NCBI GenBank assembly: GCA_026713545.1
Contig: JAPOOG010000072.1
Span: 17,411-81,410, forward strand
DNA from: Bryobacterales bacterium
GTDB lineage: Bacteria > Acidobacteriota > Terriglobia > Bryobacterales > UBA6623
Length of the DNA: 64,000 nt
Reading direction: 5' to 3'
Every line of letters starts with the position of its first letter. The stretch's first letter is position 1. A program made the position numbers and the translations under genes. Positions 9,693 through 20,073 of the stretch are shown here, piece by piece. The notes beneath the pieces were generated by a model. It saw nothing but the letters and a program-made list of their open reading frames with translations, did not search any database and was not told the origin of the DNA.

Positions 9693-12137
9693 ATGAGCAG
9701 GTTGATATAGGACCTTCGCTATGCGGTTCGCATGCTCGCGAGGACTCCGGGGTTCACGGCGGTGGCCGGGATCTCCCTGGCGCTGGGCATCGGCGCCAAC
9801 ACCGCCATCTTCAGCCTCACCTATGCCGTTCTGATGCGGCCTCTTGAGGTGGACGACCCTGACCGGCTGGCAGTGGTTTTTTCGCGCCACGAGGGCGCAG
9901 GTCCCTACGGCACGTCCTCCTATCCCGACTACAGAGACTTTCGGGATCAAACCGACGTCTTCTCCGGACTTGCCGCCCACACGGTGGCGCCCGTCAGCTT
10001 GAGCGGCGGTGACTCGGCGCAAGTCGTTCTCGGCAAAGTCGTCACGGCGAACTATTTTTCGGTTCTCGGCGTGGACGCGGCACGCGGGCGGATGTTCCTG
10101 CCCGAGGAGGGCTATCCCTCCCGGGCGGGCGACGTTTGCGTGATCAGCGACGGGCTGTGGAAGCGGCGGTTCGGCGTCGACCCGGCCGTCGTCGGGCGCA
10201 ATCTGGTCGTCAACGGCTCGCCGACCACGGTGGTCGGCATCACCCCGGAAGGCTTCCGCGGGACATGGGCCGCTCTGGAGATCGACATCTGGACTCCGAT
10301 GTCGATGGTCGAACGGATGGTCCCCTTCGGGGTCGACATGGAGCGGCGGGGGAACGAGTGGCTCGCCATCGTCGGCCGGCTCAAGCCCGGCGTCATGCTC
10401 AGCCAGGCGTCTACCCGGCTGCAGGTCATTTCGAACCGGCTTGCCGAAGAGCATCCCAGCAACCGCAACAAGCGATCGGTCGTCGCCGGATTTCATCAAG
10501 ACCGGGTGCCGTTGGTCAGCGGCGCCGCCGACGCCGCCCGCGGGGTCCTGGTGATGCTGTTGGCCGTGGTCGGATTTGTCCTGCTGATTGCCTGCACGAA
10601 CGTCGCCAACACGCTACTGGCGCGGGGCGTGGCCCGGCGCAGAGAGATCGCTGTGCGGCTCGCGATCGGGGCGGGGCGAGGGAAAATCGTCAGGCAACTG
10701 CTGACCGAAAGCGTCCTGTTGGCGCTGCTCGGGGGGGCCGCGGGCCTGGTGGTGGCTCGCTGGGCCATGGATGGCCTGCTTGCTCTGATGCCGACCCTGC
10801 TGGTGCCCGTGCGCTTGGAGATGGGGCTCGATGTCCCGGTGTTGCTGTTCACGCTTGCGGTATCGGTGGTAACGGGTGTTGTGTTCGGGCTCTTTCCCGC
10901 ATTGCAGGCGACCAGACCGGAATTGATCCCGGCGCTGAAGGACGCCGGCGCTTTGGCAGCGGTCAGCGGCTCTCGATCGAGGCTGCGTCACGCGCTCCTG
11001 ACGGCGCAAGTCGCGCTGTCGCTGGTTTTGCTCATCGGCGCGGGACTCTTTCTGAAGAGCCTGTGGAACGCGAGTACGATCGATCCGGGTTTCAATCCCC
11101 AAGGCCTGTTGCGCGCCGGGATCAGCGTGGGACTGCAAGGGTACGACGAATCGGAAGGGCGGCGATTTCACCAAGCCCTGCTCGAGAAAGTCCGCGTGAT
11201 TCCCGGCGTGCGATCAGCCGCCTGGGGCGCCCAAGTGCCGCTGGGGCCGATGGCGCGCAGCCGCAGCATTTCCGTTCCCGGGTATGAACCGAGGGAGGGG
11301 GAGTTCATGTCGTTCGGTTTCAACGGCGTCGGCCCCGGGTATTTCGAGACCATCGGCACCCCGATCCTCTTTGGCCGCGGCTTTCTGCGGAGCGACACGG
11401 CCGACAGCGAGAACGTGGTGATCGTCAACGAGGCGCTGGCGCAGCGCTTCTGGCCCGGCCGGAATCCGGTTGGAAACGCCATGGGCGTCGGCGGCGTGGA
11501 ACATCGCATCATCGGCGTCGCCAAGACCGGCAAGTACCGAACCCTGGGGGAGGACCCGACTCCTTATTACTTCTTGCCCTTGGACCAACACTACGAGCCC
11601 TTGCTGTATCTGCACGTGCGCACAGCGGGCAACGCGAGTTCCGTGGTGGCGGCCATGCTGGCGGAGATGCGCACGCTCGACCCGCATATCCCTGCGTTCG
11701 ACGTGCAAACGATGAGCGACCACTTGCGCTACGCCCGCTTCCCGGCCACTCTGGCCGGCGCGATGTTCGGGGTATTCGGCGCATTGGCTCTGGTGCTGTC
11801 GGTCGTGGGAATCTACGGAGTGATCTCGTACTGGGTCAACCAGCGAACGCGGGAAATCGGCATTCGCACAGCCCTGGGCGCCGCGCGCGGCGATGTCATC
11901 AGGATGGTGCTCCGGAGGGGCCTCGTGCTCACCTGCGGAGGAATCGTCTGCGGGCTTCTCGCCGCCGCCGCGCTGAGCCGGCTGGTTGCCCGGTTTCTGT
12001 ACGAGGCGGACCCGCTGAACGCGGAGATGTTCCTGGGCGCGTCGCTGGTGTTGGTGCTGGTCACACTTGCGGCTTGCTATGTGCCCGCGCGGCGGGCGAC
12101 CAAGGTCGATCCGATGACGGCATTGCGATACGAGTAG
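9693..12137 (+). CDS. Duplicated MacB/FtsX-type ABC permease (ADOP); amber stop at codon 6 of the natural N-terminus, open from 9732
   Basis: MSRLI*DLRYAVRMLARTPGFT...LALGIGANTAIFS; LLIACTNVAN; QRTREIGIRTALGA; ends VDPMTALRYE. Confidence 0.88.
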
Positions 12138-12177
12138 CCATGTTCCTGACAAGCGATTTCCGGAGTTTGTTTTGCCG

Positions 12178-14091
12178 ATGAACCTGACAAAGCTGTGCGC
12201 CGTCTTTCTCGCAACGCATCTTGCTTTCGCGCCGCTGATGGCGCAGATGCCGGCGACTTCCGGCGAGCGGGACTACAGCATCGGTCCGGACACCTGGCCG
12301 AACCTCTTCCACGCTTTCCGGATGCCCGACGTGCCCTACGTAGAGGAGGGGAACTCGCCGCGGCTCGACGAGCTGATCCATGACGGCAAGCTGTACCTGT
12401 CGCTGAGCGACGCTATCGCCCTGGCGCTGGAAAACAACCTGGACGTGGCCGTCTCGCGCTTCTCGCGAAAGATCGCCGAAACGCAGCTCCTGCGCGCGAA
12501 GACGGGCGGGGCCGTATCGGGGGCGCAGGGCGGCGTCAGCGCGGCCTCGACCGGGGCCTCTTCGGCTGCCACGAGCGGCGTCGCGGGCCGGGGGGCCGTT
12601 TCCGGCCGAGCAACAACCGATGGGAGGGGCGCGGCCGGCGTTGCCGGCTCGGGCGCCTCCGGGGGACTCAACCTCGATCCCGTCCTTTCGGCGCGCTTCG
12701 CCCTGCAACACAACAGCGCCCCGACTTTCAGCGACTTCACGACCGGCACCAACTTCCTGGTCAACGACGACACTTTCTCACGGATCTCCATCGGCAAGAG
12801 TTTTTGGAGCGGCGCTTCCGGTTCTCTTTCATGGACCACGCAGCGCTCCTTCTCCAACTCCCTTCGCTCGAACTTCAACCCTTTCTCGACTTCCGATGTG
12901 CGTCTGGATTTCCGACAACCGCTCCTGCAGGGATTCGGCCGAGTGAACAAGATCAGCCTTCGAGTCGCCCGCAACAACCTGGAGTCCTCGGATCTGCAAT
13001 TCCGAGAGCAAGTGATCTTTACCGTGGCATCGATTCAGCGGCTCTATTGGGATCTCGTCCGGTTTCGCGCCGAGGTCGAGAGCAGCCTCGAGGATCTACG
13101 GCTGGCCCGACAGCTCTACGAGGGCAACCGGGAGCGTGTGGAGATCGGCAAGCTGGCGCCCATCGACCTGATCGAGTCCGAAGCCGAGGTCGGGCAGAGG
13201 GAACAGGAACTGACCATTGCGCTCACCGCGGTGCGGGAACAGGAAGGGACTCTGAAGACCGCGCTCAGCAAGAACGGTCTGGCGAGCCCCTTTCTGCTCG
13301 AGGTCGAGGTCATCCCCACCGATCATGTGGAAGTGCCCGCAACTCTCGAGATCAAGCCCCTGCGGGAACTGATGAACATGGCGCTAACGTCACGCCCGGA
13401 TATTGCGCAGGCCCGTCTGCAACTCGAAAACGCCGATATCCTGCTCAAGGGGACCCGTAACAGCCTGCTGCCATCGGTCGACCTCGTCGCCAGCATGACG
13501 AACAACGGGCTGGCCGGAGATCTGAATCCCAACCTGATGCTCTTGCCGGGGCAGGTCCCGAACACTCCGGATTTTTTCATCGGGGGGCTCGGCAAGGCGC
13601 TGGGGCAGGTGTTCCGCCGCAATTTCCCCGACTATTCGGTTGGCTTGTCCGTCTCGATACCGCTCAGGAACCGCCGCGCGCAGGCGGACGCGGCCAACGC
13701 CTTGTTGCGGCGCCGGCAGAGCCAACTGCGGATGCACCAACAGGTCAACGAGATTCGGCGCGAGGTTCAGTCGGCGGTGGTCGGCTTGGAACAGGCGCAT
13801 GCGCGCTACCTGGCGGCGCGAGCGACACGTGAACTCCGCGAAAAGATGCTCGACGGCGAGGAGCAGAAATTCAAGCTCGGTTACTCGGACACATTCAAGG
13901 TTGTCCAACGGCAGCGCTCCCTGGCGCAGTCGCGGGCCGGCGAGATATTGACCCGGAACGAGTTTGTGATCGAGCGGACGAACCTGGATGAAATCACCGG
14001 CCAAACGCTTGCCGCAAACAACATCTCGATCGATGAAGCACTTGACGGCAGAGTGTCCAAGAGGCCGGATCCGATTCCCGTTTCGCGGTGA
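12178..14091 (+). CDS. TolC-family outer membrane efflux protein
   Basis: Signal peptide, LSLSDAIALALENNLD, QPLLQGFG, SIPLRNRRAQAD. Confidence 0.85.
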   Translation: MNLTKLCAVFLATHLAFAPLMAQMPATSGERDYSIGPDTWPNLFHAFRMPDVPYVEEGNSPRLDELIHDGKLYLSLSDAIALALENNLDVAVSRFSRKIAETQLLRAKTGGAVSGAQGGVSAASTGASSAATSGVAGRGAVSGRATTDGRGAAGVAGSGASGGLNLDPVLSARFALQHNSAPTFSDFTTGTNFLVNDDTFSRISIGKSFWSGASGSLSWTTQRSFSNSLRSNFNPFSTSDVRLDFRQPLLQGFGRVNKISLRVARNNLESSDLQFREQVIFTVASIQRLYWDLVRFRAEVESSLEDLRLARQLYEGNRERVEIGKLAPIDLIESEAEVGQREQELTIALTAVREQEGTLKTALSKNGLASPFLLEVEVIPTDHVEVPATLEIKPLRELMNMALTSRPDIAQARLQLENADILLKGTRNSLLPSVDLVASMTNNGLAGDLNPNLMLLPGQVPNTPDFFIGGLGKALGQVFRRNFPDYSVGLSVSIPLRNRRAQADAANALLRRRQSQLRMHQQVNEIRREVQSAVVGLEQAHARYLAARATRELREKMLDGEEQKFKLGYSDTFKVVQRQRSLAQSRAGEILTRNEFVIERTNLDEITGQTLAANNISIDEALDGRVSKRPDPIPVSR

Positions 14092-14129
14092 GGGACAGGA
14101 GCAATGCTTAGGGTATTGGGAGGTTAACC

Positions 14130-16502
14130 ATGAGAGGAGCCCTTCGTGGTTTTTGGAGAAGCCCGCTTGTCGTGGCCCTCGCCGTGGTTACGCTGGCCCT
14201 AGGCCTGGGTGTCGCCACGGCCGTATTCGGAGTCGTCGACGTCCTCCTCATCAGGTCTCTGCCTTACCCGAACTCCGAAAGGCTCGTCGAGCTATGGTGG
14301 GAACGAGTCCCGGGCAGTACCACTCCCAACTTAAGGGGTGCTGAGATCGTTGATGCGCTCCGTGAAGAAGCACGATTGTTCTCCACCGTTGAGAGCTATC
14401 AGTTGGGAGGCGCGACCATCACGGGGGCAGGCGAACCCGAATTCGTTACCGCCCCTCGTATTTCACCCGGCCTCCTCCACCTGCTCGGCGTCGCGCCGCG
14501 CAGAGGGCGGCTCTTCTACGATGAGGATGCCTTGCCGGGCGCACGGGTCGCCTTGATCAGTGAACGACTCTGGCTGAAGCGGTTCGGGGGCGACGCTTCG
14601 GCTGTGGGCGGCCGTATTTCGATTGATGAAGAACCGCACACGATCATTGGAGTGTTACCTGGGGATTTCGGGTTCCCTGTACAAAGAGCGGACGTGTGGC
14701 GGCCTTTGGCCATGGATTCACGCCGCCCCTTCATGGCGATCGCAGCCTTGCAGCCGGGCGTGCCGCGAGAAGGCGCCGGGGATCGACTGCGTGCCGTTTC
14801 CGGGAACTTGCGGCAAGCCGGCGTGCTGCGTGGCGACTCCGGCGACTTGCTGATCAAGGAGTTGCTGCAGTTGAGGCAGTCCCGTCGACGCGCCGCCGCT
14901 TTCTATGTGCTGTTGGCTGCCGTGGCGCTGGTCTTGCTGGTGGCCTGCGGGAACGTGGCGAACCTTTTTCTCGTTCGGGCGCACGGCCGCGAGAGCCGCT
15001 TCGCCATCATGAAGGCGCTCGGCGCGAGACGGTCCGACCTTCTGCGCCAGTCGGTCTGGGAGGGCCTTGTCCTGGCGCTGCTCAGTGGATGCGGCGCTCT
15101 CCTGGTTGCCGAAGCGTGCCTCGCAGGTATCGCTCGGATCATGCCGCCGGAGATGACCTACTTTTCCAGCGCCGCCGTGACGGTCGATGGGCGTTTCCTC
15201 GGGTTCGCGGTGCTGCTCTCCACGGTGACCTGTCTGGCCGTAACCGTCATCCCGTCATTCAGGGTTTCGGGAACTCATCTGGTCGAGTCGCTGAAAGGCC
15301 GGACTGTCCAACAAGCAGGCGCGCATAGCCGGTGGCAGTCGGCTCTGGTCGTTGCTCAGCTTGCGGTTGTCCTGGTCCTGTTGGCGGGTTCCGGCCTGCT
15401 CTTACGGAGCTTCGTGCGGTTAGTGAACGTCGACCCCGGATTCGACACGGAAGACCTGCTGGTCTTCGAGCCTCTACTCCGGGGTGACCGCTATCGGGCT
15501 CCGGGCGCCAGGCTCAGCTTTCTCGAACAGTTGGATGAGTTGGTGGAAGACTCGGGCGGCGTGCGAAGCGCGACTTTTGCATCCAGTGCGCCTCCTGACA
15601 GCGACCATTCCTTCGGCATTCAGCCCGAGGCGGAAGGCCGACAGGCCGTCGACGCGTCCGGCCTCAACCTGCCGCACGTGGATGTGGCTCCGGACTACTT
15701 TGCCACGATGGGCATCCCGCTCATCGCGGGGCGCACGTTCAGCAGCGACGATCCGGATACCGTCGTGATCGTGAACGAGGTCCTGGCAAGGCGCTACTGG
15801 GGAAACGACTCCCCTCTCGGCCGCCGTTTCCGCCTCGATGCGGACGAGCCGTGGCACACCGTTATCGGCGTTGCCCGGGACGTCAAGCAAAGCGGGCTCG
15901 ACGACCCGATGGGTGACGGCATGGAATTGTATTTTCCTTACTCGCGGACGAAAGGGAGGGAGAGCTCCGACTTCATCGTCCGCACGGATGGGACGGACGC
16001 TGCCGTCGTGGCGCGGCAGGTGAAGGAACTCTTGTGGAGGCTGGACCGAAATCTGCCCATCCGTCAGGTGATGACGATGGAGCGGCGCCTCGGCGAATCG
16101 GTGGCGAGACCAAGGTTTTTGATCGTGCTGGTGAGCATCTTCGCTTTGCTCGGCGTCCTTCTGGCGGGTATCGGGGTTTACGGCACCACGGCGTACTGGG
16201 TGGCTCAGCGAATACGGGAGATCGGTCTGCGGATTGCGCTGGGCGCGACACGCAGGCAGATTGTCGGGCTCGTTCTGGGGCGAGGCCTGCGGCTGGCGGC
16301 GCTGGGTGTGGGCATCGGCCTGTCGGGCGCAATGGCGACGCTGCACGTTCTGGAGTCTTTCCTGTTCGCCACTGACCCAAGCGATGCGGAGACGCTGACC
16401 GGCGTTACGGTTCTGCTTGTGTCCCTGGTGCTCATCGCCTGTTACTTGCCGGCTCTAAGAGCCGGCAGACTCGATCCCGCTGACGTGCTGCGGAGTGAGT
16501 GA
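14130..16502 (+). CDS. Second duplicated MacB/FtsX-type ABC permease (ADOP)
   Basis: TLALGLGVATAVF, LLVACGNVANL, VDPGFD, QRIREIGLRIALGA, LDPADVLRSE. Confidence 0.88.
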   Translation: MRGALRGFWRSPLVVALAVVTLALGLGVATAVFGVVDVLLIRSLPYPNSERLVELWWERVPGSTTPNLRGAEIVDALREEARLFSTVESYQLGGATITGAGEPEFVTAPRISPGLLHLLGVAPRRGRLFYDEDALPGARVALISERLWLKRFGGDASAVGGRISIDEEPHTIIGVLPGDFGFPVQRADVWRPLAMDSRRPFMAIAALQPGVPREGAGDRLRAVSGNLRQAGVLRGDSGDLLIKELLQLRQSRRRAAAFYVLLAAVALVLLVACGNVANLFLVRAHGRESRFAIMKALGARRSDLLRQSVWEGLVLALLSGCGALLVAEACLAGIARIMPPEMTYFSSAAVTVDGRFLGFAVLLSTVTCLAVTVIPSFRVSGTHLVESLKGRTVQQAGAHSRWQSALVVAQLAVVLVLLAGSGLLLRSFVRLVNVDPGFDTEDLLVFEPLLRGDRYRAPGARLSFLEQLDELVEDSGGVRSATFASSAPPDSDHSFGIQPEAEGRQAVDASGLNLPHVDVAPDYFATMGIPLIAGRTFSSDDPDTVVIVNEVLARRYWGNDSPLGRRFRLDADEPWHTVIGVARDVKQSGLDDPMGDGMELYFPYSRTKGRESSDFIVRTDGTDAAVVARQVKELLWRLDRNLPIRQVMTMERRLGESVARPRFLIVLVSIFALLGVLLAGIGVYGTTAYWVAQRIREIGLRIALGATRRQIVGLVLGRGLRLAALGVGIGLSGAMATLHVLESFLFATDPSDAETLTGVTVLLVSLVLIACYLPALRAGRLDPADVLRSE

Positions 16503-16562
16503 GCCCGTTTTGTAAGCCCTGACGTTGCTGCGATACAAGTCAAGGTGAAGTCTGGACCAACT

Positions 16563-17236
16563 ATGATCAAACTCAGAGACCTTGAGAAATTCCATGTCAG
16601 CGGCTTCGGCAAGACGTTCGTCCTGCGCCGGATCAACCTCGATATCAGCGAAGGCGAATTCGTTACGATCATGGGCCGTCGGGGGCCGGGAAATCGACCT
16701 TGCTGGGCATCCTGGGCATGCTGGACGGCGACTTCGAGGGAGAGTTTCACTTTCTCGATCAACACGTCCACAAGCTCAAGCCGCGCCAGCGGGCGGAACT
16801 CAACAAGCAGTACATCGGTTTCGTCTTCCAGAGCTATCATCTGCTCGACGACATGACGGTCTACGAGACCCTCGCCCTGCCGCTCTCCTACCGCAACATC
16901 AGCCGCAAGGAGCGTCAGTCGATTGTCGCCGACGTGCTCGACCGCTTTCACATCGTCGCCAAGAAAGACCTTTTCCCGAACCAACTCTCCGGCGGTCAGC
17001 AGCAACTCGTCGCCGTGGCGCGAGCCATCGTGGCCCGTCCGAAACTGATTCTGGCCGACGAGCCGACCGGCAACCTGCATTCCGCACAAGGCAAGGAAAT
17101 CATGGAGTTGTTCAAGAAACTCAACGAGGAGGAGACCACGATCATCCAGGTCACGCACTCGGAAGACAACGCCGCGTACAGCAACCGCATCATCAACCTG
17201 CGCGATGGTTGGGTTGTGGACACCGAAGATGTCTAG
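16563..17236 (+). pseudogene. ABC ATP-binding protein with a 1-nt frameshift in Walker A (pseudogene or sequencing error)
   Basis: ATGGGCCGTCGGGGGCCGGGAAATCG near 16671: adding one base restores MGPSGAGKSTLLGILG and joins ORFs 16545..16856 and 16700..17236. Confidence 0.8.
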
Positions 17237-17298
17237 TACCGGCTTGTCGTTCTTCGTTGCGCCGCCGCGCTACCGTCTCTGCGTACCACCGCACCGCC

Positions 17299-18648
17299 AT
17301 GCCGAAAGTTCTTATCGCTGACGACCAACCGGACGTCCTCACGGCTTTGCGTCTCCTGCTCAAGGGAGAAGGCTACGAGACGAAAACGGCGGCCACGCCC
17401 GCGCAGGTCCTCGAGTCGGTCTCCGCGGACGAGTTCGATGTCGTCCTGATCGACTTGAATTACACGCGGGATACGACCTCGGGACAAGAAGGGCTTGACC
17501 TGCTGTCGCAGCTTCGGGCGATCGACTCCACTCTGCCGGTGGTCGTGATGACGGCCTGGGGGAGCGTCGAGCTCGCCGTGGAGGCGATGCGCCGCGGCGC
17601 CCGAGATTTCGTGCAGAAGCCGTGGGACAACACGCGGCTCTTGAGCATCGTCCGCGCACAGGCCGAACTGGCGCGTGCGCTTCGGAGCGAGCGCCGCCTG
17701 CGAGTGGAGAACGAAATCCTGCGCGGCGGCGGCCTGCCGACCCTGATCGCGGAGTCGGCTGTGATGAAGCCCGTCCTGGAGGTGATCGCACAGGTCGGCC
17801 CCTCCGACGCCAACGTGCTCATCACCGGCGAGCACGGCACGGGCAAGGAGGTCGTCGCGCAGACCCTGCACCAGATCTCGCCGCGCGCCGGGAACGCCAT
17901 GATTTCCGTCAACGTCGGCGGCCTGGCCGAGGGGGTGTTCGAAAGCGAGATCTTCGGGCATACGAAAGGCGCGTTTACCGGCGCAGCTTCGGACCGCATC
18001 GGCCGCTTCGAGTTGGCTCATCAGGGAACGTTGTTCCTCGATGAAATCGCCAATATCACTCCGGACCGGCAGGCGCGTCTTCTGCGCGTTCTCGAGACCG
18101 GTGAAGTCGAGCGCGTCGGCTCATCGAAGACCCGCAAGGTTGACGTGCGGGTGCTGTCGGCGACCAACGCGGACCTGCGCCGCGAAGTCGAGCAAGGACG
18201 GTTTCGCGATGACCTGCTGTACCGGCTGAACACGGTGGAAATCCATCTACCGCCGCTGCGGGAGCGCGCAGACGACATCCCCGCGCTTGCCGCGCACTTC
18301 CTCGAGACGGCCAGAAGTCGCTACGGCAAGCGGCCGGAGCGATTCGATGCGGCGGCGATGGATTCGCTGCTACACCATCCCTGGCCGGGCAATGTGCGCG
18401 AATTGAATCACGTCGTCCAGAGGGGAGTGCTGATGGCAAAGGGCGAACAGGTGACCGAAGCGGACCTGGGCCTTGCCGCTCCCGTTTCCGGCGCTCTCCG
18501 GCTGGAGGAGATGAGTCTGGAAGGGGTCGAGCGATACCTCATCAAGAAGACGCTCGAAAGGTGCAAGGGCAGCGTCAGCGACGCGGCGAAGGAGCTGGGC
18601 CTGAGCCGCAGCGCCATGTACCGGCGGCTGCAAAAACACGGCCTTTAG
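17299..18648 (+). CDS. Sigma54-dependent response regulator (NtrC family)
   Basis: REC domain (IADD, LIDLNY, MTAWG, KPW), [28 protein letters not shown], Fis-type HTH; true start ATG 17299. Confidence 0.93.
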   Translation: MPKVLIADDQPDVLTALRLLLKGEGYETKTAATPAQVLESVSADEFDVVLIDLNYTRDTTSGQEGLDLLSQLRAIDSTLPVVVMTAWGSVELAVEAMRRGARDFVQKPWDNTRLLSIVRAQAELARALRSERRLRVENEILRGGGLPTLIAESAVMKPVLEVIAQVGPSDANVLITGEHGTGKEVVAQTLHQISPRAGNAMISVNVGGLAEGVFESEIFGHTKGAFTGAASDRIGRFELAHQGTLFLDEIANITPDRQARLLRVLETGEVERVGSSKTRKVDVRVLSATNADLRREVEQGRFRDDLLYRLNTVEIHLPPLRERADDIPALAAHFLETARSRYGKRPERFDAAAMDSLLHHPWPGNVRELNHVVQRGVLMAKGEQVTEADLGLAAPVSGALRLEEMSLEGVERYLIKKTLERCKGSVSDAAKELGLSRSAMYRRLQKHGL

Positions 18649-18667
18649 GCGCAAGGAAGCGAGTCTC

Positions 18668-20050
18668 GTGCTGTTCCATCGCAATGATCCGAAGGCGCCG
18701 CCGCGGCATGAGCGGCGCGTGCTCGTCTATGCGCTCCTGGCGGGGTTTCCGGCCGTGGCGCTTTCGACCGCGCTGCTGTTCGCCAGCGAGTACAGCGACA
18801 AGACCCGCTGGACACTGATGATTCTCGTCGCCGCGGCGTGGATCGGGTTTTCTCTCGCCGTACGGCAGCAAGTCGTATTTCCGTTGCGAACGCTTTCGAA
18901 CCTGCTGGCGGCCTTGCGCGAGGGCGACTATTCGCAGCGGGCCCGGGCTGCGAAGGAAGACGTGCTGGGCGAAGTGATGAGTGAAGTTAACCTGATGGGG
19001 CAGATGCTACGGGAGCAGCGCCTCAGCGCTCTGGAAGCAACGAACCTGCTCCAGAAGGTAATGCAGGAAATCAACGTGGCGGTCTTCGCTTTCGATGAAG
19101 AGAACCGCTTGCGTCTCGTCAACCAAGCGGGGACGAAACTCCTGGGAGCGCCCCAGGAGCGCCTGCTGGGCCGCACCGCCGGCGAACTTGATCTGATGGA
19201 TTGCCTCGCCAAGGACGCGCCACGGACTCTGCAGAAGACATTCGCCGGCGGGTCCGGGCGCTGGGGAATCGCTTGCACCGGGTTCCGCGAGCAAGGCGTG
19301 ACGCATCGATTGCTTGTGCTGACGGATCTGACGCTCGAGTTGCGCGAGGAAGAACTACAGGCCTGGCAGCGGTTGGTCCGCGTTCTGAGCCATGAGCTGA
19401 ACAATTCGCTGGCGCCGATCAAGTCGATAACCGGCAGTCTGCGGTCTCTTCTGCGCCGGCCGGCATCCGACCCGGATTGGCGACACGACATGGAGCAGGG
19501 ACTTGGCGCCATCGGGTCGCGCACCGAGGCTCTCGGCCGTTTCACCAGCGCCTATGCCCGGCTTGCCAAGCTTCCACCTCCGACTCTTGAACCGGTAAAC
19601 CTTCGTGATTGTGTCGAGAGGGTCGCCGAGATCGAGCGAACACCCGAGCTTCAGATCGAAGCAGGACCCGACCTGATGGTCGACGCCGACGCGGCGCAGC
19701 TCGAGCAGTTGCTCATCAACCTCGTTCAGAACGCCGCCGAGGCTTCGGAACAGACGGGCAGGCGCATTCGGATCAGGTGGATCCGAAATGGAAAGGCGGC
19801 CTGCGTCGACGTGCTGGATGAAGGGCCGGGACTCTCGAGCGATGCGAACCTGTTTGTGCCTTTCTTTACGACCAAGCCTCATGGAACGGGCATCGGACTC
19901 GTGCTTTCCCGCAAGATCGCCGAGAACCACGGCGGCGGACTGACGCTTCGGAACCGCGAAGATCGCCCGGGCTGCATCGCCCGACTCGAGTTGCCGTTGC
20001 GCTCGGGTCATGATCAAGAGCCGGCCGAAGAGCAACTGACCTTGGAATGA
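18668..20050 (+). CDS. Sensor histidine kinase
   Basis: Two TMs, HAMP/PAS-like region, SHELNNSL H-box, QLLINLVQNA, DEGPG, FFTTKPHGTGIGL. Confidence 0.92.
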   Translation: MLFHRNDPKAPPRHERRVLVYALLAGFPAVALSTALLFASEYSDKTRWTLMILVAAAWIGFSLAVRQQVVFPLRTLSNLLAALREGDYSQRARAAKEDVLGEVMSEVNLMGQMLREQRLSALEATNLLQKVMQEINVAVFAFDEENRLRLVNQAGTKLLGAPQERLLGRTAGELDLMDCLAKDAPRTLQKTFAGGSGRWGIACTGFREQGVTHRLLVLTDLTLELREEELQAWQRLVRVLSHELNNSLAPIKSITGSLRSLLRRPASDPDWRHDMEQGLGAIGSRTEALGRFTSAYARLAKLPPPTLEPVNLRDCVERVAEIERTPELQIEAGPDLMVDADAAQLEQLLINLVQNAAEASEQTGRRIRIRWIRNGKAACVDVLDEGPGLSSDANLFVPFFTTKPHGTGIGLVLSRKIAENHGGGLTLRNREDRPGCIARLELPLRSGHDQEPAEEQLTLE

Positions 20051-20073
20051 CTCGATCAACAAGCGGGCCTTAG

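Noticed and set aside
16582-17298. Apparent 239-aa N-terminal extension of the sigma54 regulator (688-aa ORF)
   Set aside because: Off-frame overlap with the ABC ATPase gene; the REC domain starts at ATG 17299
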